The translations under genes and the position numbers were made by a program. Shown piece by piece: positions 59,182 to 64,000 of a stretch of 64,000 nucleotides of DNA. The notes under the pieces are model-generated. The model saw only the letters and a list, made by a program, of their open reading frames with translations, had not been told where the DNA came from and made no database searches. The first letter of the stretch is position 1; the number at the start of each line of letters is the position of its first letter. This DNA is from an uncultured Bacteroidota bacterium (GTDB lineage: Bacteria; Bacteroidota; Ignavibacteria; UBA10030; UBA6906). Location of the stretch: contig CAVOYH010000001.1 in the NCBI GenBank assembly GCA_963700635.1, positions 96,001 through 160,000 of the forward strand, in the 5' to 3' direction.

Positions 59182-62100
59182 ATGCGATTAGTCTCTCCTC
59201 TTTTGTTGATGTTCGTTCTGGTGGTCTTTCCTGCCGGCACTCTCCTCAGTCGCGCTGTTTTTGTCGCGACAAACGGAAATGACTCCGCTCCGGGGACTCT
59301 GACCAGCCCCTGGAGGACGCTCTCCCGGGCAGGTTCGGGGATGCAGCCCGGCGACACTGTGTATGTGCGTGGTGGCACGTATTCCGAACGGTTTGTCCCC
59401 TCCAACAGCGGATCGCCCGGGAACCCGATCGTCTACCGATCCTACCCGAATGAACTTGTGGTCATCAACGGTCCACCCGATAACGATCTGACCGTGATGG
59501 CGATCTATCCGAGTTATGTCGTCATCGAAGGATTCACGATCAAGAATCAAAACTACTTCCGCGCGCCGGGAAAAACTACGTATTGGGTTGCCCTGGAAGG
59601 GAACGGAATCATCTTTCGGAAGAACCGGGTCTTCATAGAGGGCGACCCTTTTTTTAATATTTATACGCTTGATGCGGCGTCCCGCGGGATTGTGGTGGCC
59701 GGGCGAAACATCATCGTTGAACAATGTTACGTGCGTGGCCAGGTTTTCGGGATTGTGATCGCCGGGTCATCTCCGCGGTATGCTATCATTCGCAACGATA
59801 CCGTACATGCCAACGGACAGAACAATATCGACGTTGGCGCCTCCGACGACGGAACAACCGCGTACCACGGCACACTGATTGAATCCTGCATTCTTGACAC
59901 CTCGTTTGTCGAAGACAATATTCAGTTCGAGCCGGACTACGGGGATCAGAAAAGCACATCGTACAACCGGGGAACGATCATCCGCAATTGTGTGATGGGC
60001 AACGCAGCAGAAAATGCGATTGATCTCAAGGGGGCGGGACATACGATCATCGAAAACAGTTTTATCTACGGTTCCAGTGGTGATGACGACGGGCCACTCG
60101 GGGGACACGATGTGGGCAGTGGAGCCGGAATCGAGACCAGCCCTGTCGTGCCCACGCGGTTTACCATCGTACGCGGTAATGTCATCTGGGATCACTCCAG
60201 CGGCTTTACGATGGCAGAGGGAGATCACTATACAAACAACACGATCCTGAATAACCGGAGAACCTGGCAGGGTCCAAATCAGACGGATCAAAACCACACA
60301 GGTTTCAGGGCGTGGAATTACCCAGGGGTGAAGAGGGCATTTGTGAATAATATTGTGGGTGCGATGCCGACTGGCAGCGTTCTGGACTGGCTGATGGATT
60401 GGGGAGATAAGTTTCTTCTGGACAACAATCTGTATTTCGAAAGCACGGGTCTGGTACAATTTCAACACCGCGTAAACGGAAGCATCGTCAGTGTGCGGGG
60501 GCTTCAGGCATGGCGTTCGGCACTGACCTCGTACGGCGGCTATGGGTATCTTGCGGGAAAAGATCAGAACAGTCTCGAAGCGGATCCGCAGTTCGTGAAT
60601 GTCCCGCAGTATCCGTTCGGGTATGATCCCGCCTGGAATTTTGGCGTGCGTGCAACATCTCCCGCAATTGATGCCGGACGATACGCAACCGTGGCCGCTT
60701 CGGGCGGGGCCAACAGCACGTCGATGGTTGTGGACGACGCTTATTTTTTCTGCGACGGATTCGGAATCACTGATGGAGATCTAATAAAGATCGGCCCCAC
60801 GGCACCGGTGCGGATTACCGGGATTAATTACTCGACAAACACCCTCACGCTCGCAGCCCCACGATCGTGGAACACGGGTGAAGGCGTCCACCTGGCTTTT
60901 GACGGCGCCATGCCCGACATCGGCGCTGTTGAGTACAATTCCGGTTCGATCCAGCCCCCGGAAGCGCCCACGCTCACTGGGCCGGCAGACGCGGCCCAGG
61001 ATGTCTCGCTCAACCCGGTGCTCTCATGGACCAGCGCGAACAATGCGGCCTCGTACGAACTGCATGTCTCTACTTCGGGAACCTTCACTCCTCTCTTCGT
61101 TGCCCGCAGTGGAATTTCGGCTCCCACCTACACCGTGGGGGGACTCGCAGCGAATACGACATATTTTTGGCGCGTCCGCTCGGCCAACGGCGGTGGGACG
61201 AGTGCGTGGACGCAGGCACGATCATTCACGACAGTCCGCCTGGATTCCACTCCCGCTCCACCCGCGCTCAGTGCGCCACTCAATGGATCGACAGGGATCA
61301 GCACCAATCCCTTGCTGTCATGGACAGCAGTACCGGGAGCCGTGTCGTATCGCGTGCAAATGGACCGCACCGGGAATTTTACTTCACTCTCAGTCGACCG
61401 ATCAGGTATCACCGGGCCGTCGGTCATCATTGACGGCTTGACCGGCGACGCGACATACTACTGGAGGGTGAACGCCACCTCCGCCATCGGGACAAGTCAG
61501 TTTTCGGCGGTCTACCGGTTCACGACCTTTGCCCTGCCGCCGACTTTGAGCGCAAACCTCGTGGCAAACCCCAACTTTGAAAACGGCACGTCGGATTGGT
61601 CATTTGTCTCAAATGGGGCAGGTGGGTTTACCGTCAATGCGCCGGGATACCGCAAGGCCACATCGGCCAAAGTGTACCTCACACAATCTGGTCCCACGAT
61701 CCTATTGTACCAGAACAACCTTGTCCTGAGCCCGGATTCCATGTACCGTCTGAGCTTTGCGGCGTTTTCGACTACGGGACATGACATGGAAGTGTCACTC
61801 CTGAAGTCCGAGTCACCATTCACTTCGTACGGGCTCGATGCCGAACGCGTGAATCTGACGACGGGATGGAATGTATTCCTCCTGAACATTGAACCCCATA
61901 ATTTTTTCACTCCGGTGAACGATGTCCAGCTCCGGTTTTCGTTTGGAAAATATGGGGTTGCCGGTGATGTGTTCTCTCTGGACAACGTCCGACTCGTTGC
62001 CGTGAATGCCGGGACGCCTCTTCCCCCGGAATTTTTGCCGGTGGATTTTTACCTGGAGGAAAACTACCCGAATCCATTTAATCCCTCCACAACTATCAGG

Positions 62101-62304
62101 TACTCCATTCCGGTTGACACGCGCGTGCTGCTGAAGGTGTATAATCTGTTAGGCCAGGAAATCGCCACACTCGTGGATGAGTTCAAGAAGATCGGTGTGT
62201 ATGAAGCAGGACTGGACATGACAGGATATGCCAGCGGGATGTACGTCTATACCTTCCGTGCCGGAGATTTCCGCCAGACCCGTAAGCTGCTCTTCATCAA
62301 ATAA
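59182..62304 (+). CDS. T9SS cargo: beta-helix, two Fn3, CBM4/9-like, CTD (paralog of 52461)
   Basis: VATNGNDSAPGT..SPWRTL; shared EDNIQFEPDYGD, ENAIDLKGAGHT; NLVANPNFENG; LEENYPNPFNP. Confidence 0.88.
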   Translation: MRLVSPLLLMFVLVVFPAGTLLSRAVFVATNGNDSAPGTLTSPWRTLSRAGSGMQPGDTVYVRGGTYSERFVPSNSGSPGNPIVYRSYPNELVVINGPPDNDLTVMAIYPSYVVIEGFTIKNQNYFRAPGKTTYWVALEGNGIIFRKNRVFIEGDPFFNIYTLDAASRGIVVAGRNIIVEQCYVRGQVFGIVIAGSSPRYAIIRNDTVHANGQNNIDVGASDDGTTAYHGTLIESCILDTSFVEDNIQFEPDYGDQKSTSYNRGTIIRNCVMGNAAENAIDLKGAGHTIIENSFIYGSSGDDDGPLGGHDVGSGAGIETSPVVPTRFTIVRGNVIWDHSSGFTMAEGDHYTNNTILNNRRTWQGPNQTDQNHTGFRAWNYPGVKRAFVNNIVGAMPTGSVLDWLMDWGDKFLLDNNLYFESTGLVQFQHRVNGSIVSVRGLQAWRSALTSYGGYGYLAGKDQNSLEADPQFVNVPQYPFGYDPAWNFGVRATSPAIDAGRYATVAASGGANSTSMVVDDAYFFCDGFGITDGDLIKIGPTAPVRITGINYSTNTLTLAAPRSWNTGEGVHLAFDGAMPDIGAVEYNSGSIQPPEAPTLTGPADAAQDVSLNPVLSWTSANNAASYELHVSTSGTFTPLFVARSGISAPTYTVGGLAANTTYFWRVRSANGGGTSAWTQARSFTTVRLDSTPAPPALSAPLNGSTGISTNPLLSWTAVPGAVSYRVQMDRTGNFTSLSVDRSGITGPSVIIDGLTGDATYYWRVNATSAIGTSQFSAVYRFTTFALPPTLSANLVANPNFENGTSDWSFVSNGAGGFTVNAPGYRKATSAKVYLTQSGPTILLYQNNLVLSPDSMYRLSFAAFSTTGHDMEVSLLKSESPFTSYGLDAERVNLTTGWNVFLLNIEPHNFFTPVNDVQLRFSFGKYGVAGDVFSLDNVRLVAVNAGTPLPPEFLPVDFYLEENYPNPFNPSTTIRYSIPVDTRVLLKVYNLLGQEIATLVDEFKKIGVYEAGLDMTGYASGMYVYTFRAGDFRQTRKLLFIK

Positions 62305-62344
62305 TGTGTTGTCTGCCCGGCTGTCACCGAATCCCGTAGAATAC

Positions 62345-62381
62345 AAAAGGCACGGAGCTCAAAAAACTCCGTGCCTTCGTT
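62345..62381. terminator. Bidirectional intrinsic terminator
   Basis: 11-bp stem AAGGCACGGAG / CTCCGTGCCTT between convergent genes. Confidence 0.75.
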
Positions 62382-62417
62382 CTTAGACTACATCTGTGGA
62401 CAGAATCGCAGGTCCGA

Positions 62418-63683
62418 TCAGATGCCGTATCCGATGTTCAACCCGAACAAGTTTGCGCTGCTTTTGTACGTACCGGGGAATGTGTTCTGGTCAGCCGCGC
62501 TGACGGTACGGTCATTGAAGATAATCAACTGGTAAGCAACGTCCACCGACCAGGATCCCGCGAACTTGTATCCGAGACCGATTGTACCTTCCAGTCTGCT
62601 TGCATCCGGCAGCAAAGGTTCAACGGTCTTAGCCGGTTGCCCGGTGGCGTCGTAAATGAATCCGAGGCGGAAGGAAAGGTCATTATGCCGGTATTCCCCG
62701 CCAAGGCGGAGCATGTACGTGTCTTTCCAGTTTTTGCCGGTTTTTGATGAAGCCTGAAGCGGCTTACCCGTCAACGGGAAAGTTGGACCATTGGGCAAGT
62801 CGACGCCCAGGGAATCGTAGGAGGACCAGCCGATCCACTGGTAGTCGGCCTCGATGGTCAGGTCGTTCGACAGATCGTAGGAGATCCCCACAAAAAACTG
62901 ATTCGGGGTTTTGATGGTTGTTTTTCCGGTACCTCCGGGGAAAAACGTCGCGAGTGCCTGTGTATTGGTGAACGCCGCTGTTCCTTCATAGTCGATTTTG
63001 GTAGAATGGCGGTACGAAGCGCCGATCGACATTGCCGGTACGGGCTTGTAAATGGCGCCGAAATTGAAACTCACGCCGTTTCCTGATGCGTCAAGGGCGA
63101 CGTTTCCATTCGTGGCTGAGGGTGTCGGCGGTGCGAGACTTGAATAGGTAGGGATCTTGTAGGAAAGTTCCACCTTTGAAAACGTATAGCTCATTCCTGC
63201 TCCGACCATAAAACAATCGCTCACCTGATAGGCGATCGTCGGGTTGACGGACACATTCTGAAGGTCTGTCTTGACGGCGGCGAATCGACCATCCCACCCT
63301 TCCGGCCATTCGGTACCGAGCCCGAATGGTGCAAAAAGTCCCACCCCGAACGATAATCCGTTCTCCATTCCATACGCGAGATAGACGCTCGGGATCACAA
63401 AGGTCTGGCTCACCATGTCCGTGGCCTTGCCGGCCGGGCTGGTGAAGGTCGTTTTCGGCAGGATCATCGTCCCTCCGACGTATGCGCCGAATCCCTTCTG
63501 ATAGGTTAGTCCCGCGGGGTTAAAATACATCGCGGAAAGGTCGCTGGCACGCGCCGCAAAGGCCCCCCCCTGAGCCATTGCACGGGCACCCTGTTCGTTG
63601 AGTTGAAACCCGCTCGCAAAAGCCAGGTCAAATGTCAGCACTGCGAGCAGTGCGAACAGACCGAAAATTCGAGCAATGGACAT
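62418..63683 (-). CDS. fadL: FadL/OmpP1/TodX outer-membrane transport protein
   Basis: AFA/SGFQLNEQGARAMAQGGA, YFNPAGL, APFGL.T.W, NPTIAYQ, LPD..R; beta-barrel C-terminus. Confidence 0.9.
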   Translation of the reverse strand: MSIARIFGLFALLAVLTFDLAFASGFQLNEQGARAMAQGGAFAARASDLSAMYFNPAGLTYQKGFGAYVGGTMILPKTTFTSPAGKATDMVSQTFVIPSVYLAYGMENGLSFGVGLFAPFGLGTEWPEGWDGRFAAVKTDLQNVSVNPTIAYQVSDCFMVGAGMSYTFSKVELSYKIPTYSSLAPPTPSATNGNVALDASGNGVSFNFGAIYKPVPAMSIGASYRHSTKIDYEGTAAFTNTQALATFFPGGTGKTTIKTPNQFFVGISYDLSNDLTIEADYQWIGWSSYDSLGVDLPNGPTFPLTGKPLQASSKTGKNWKDTYMLRLGGEYRHNDLSFRLGFIYDATGQPAKTVEPLLPDASRLEGTIGLGYKFAGSWSVDVAYQLIIFNDRTVSAADQNTFPGTYKSSANLFGLNIGYGI

Positions 63684-64000
63684 TGGTGTTCCTTCTGTGT
63701 GTGAGAGAATGTACCGCGTGAGATGACTTTGGCCTGTTACCCGGAGCGGGAGCTGGTTCCTGTGATGGTCTGTCGAAGGGTAATCGAGCAAACCTACACA
63801 AAGTGCTTTTGAGAAGCACCAAAAAAGTTCCGTAAGTCAAAAATATTTTATTCTCACTGTTGAATTTTTCAACACCTATTTATGGTAGGATTTTCGAACA
63901 CTTCTGGCTATCTTTCGTATACTATTAGAAGACGAAAGCGACATAACTATGCAAAATCAGGGTCAAAATTTGACATTTCAGCGGATTGGAGTGGCCATCC

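Noticed and set aside
1-64000. Mobile elements, rRNA, tRNA, invertible promoters
   Set aside because: No transposase, integrase or recombinase ORFs, and no recognisable RNA genes or long inverted repeats flanking promoters were seen by eye

Overview
Bacterial DNA from an FCB-group organism. An Ignavibacteria/Kryptonia-like lineage is inferred from the T9SS type A C-terminal domains, Gln after signal peptides and sigma70-type promoters. Almost the whole window is one cell-surface island. It holds a Wzx/Wzy-dependent exopolysaccharide/capsule locus: Wzc, an SLBB export protein, Wzy-like polymerase, Wzx, a WcaJ-type initiator, 8 soluble glycosyltransferases, AlgD-like dehydrogenase, two DegT aminotransferases, a WbpB/WbpD-like pair, RfbF, three SDRs, three sugar C-methyltransferases, FemAB/GNAT and a CE4-like deacetylase. 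These genes are interleaved with large secreted proteins: seven carry a T9SS CTD, and most have lectin or beta-helix heads and Fn3-like stalks rich in D-S/T glycosylation sequons. Two hypotheses stand out. (1) A CTD-less 1278-aa lectin protein ending in a dockerin-like module sits directly upstream of a small cohesin-like + T9SS-CTD protein, a candidate dockerin-cohesin adaptor for T9SS export or display. (2) A Wbp/Vim-like gene set is co-located with T9SS cargo, suggesting the island encodes both the cargo and the glycan that anchors or decorates it. Three genes carry single-base frameshifts and a fourth (wzx) may; these are probably sequence errors. A fadL-like gene closes the window. No rRNA, tRNA, CRISPR array or mobile element was seen. 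Domain calls come from motif recognition by eye, not from database searches.
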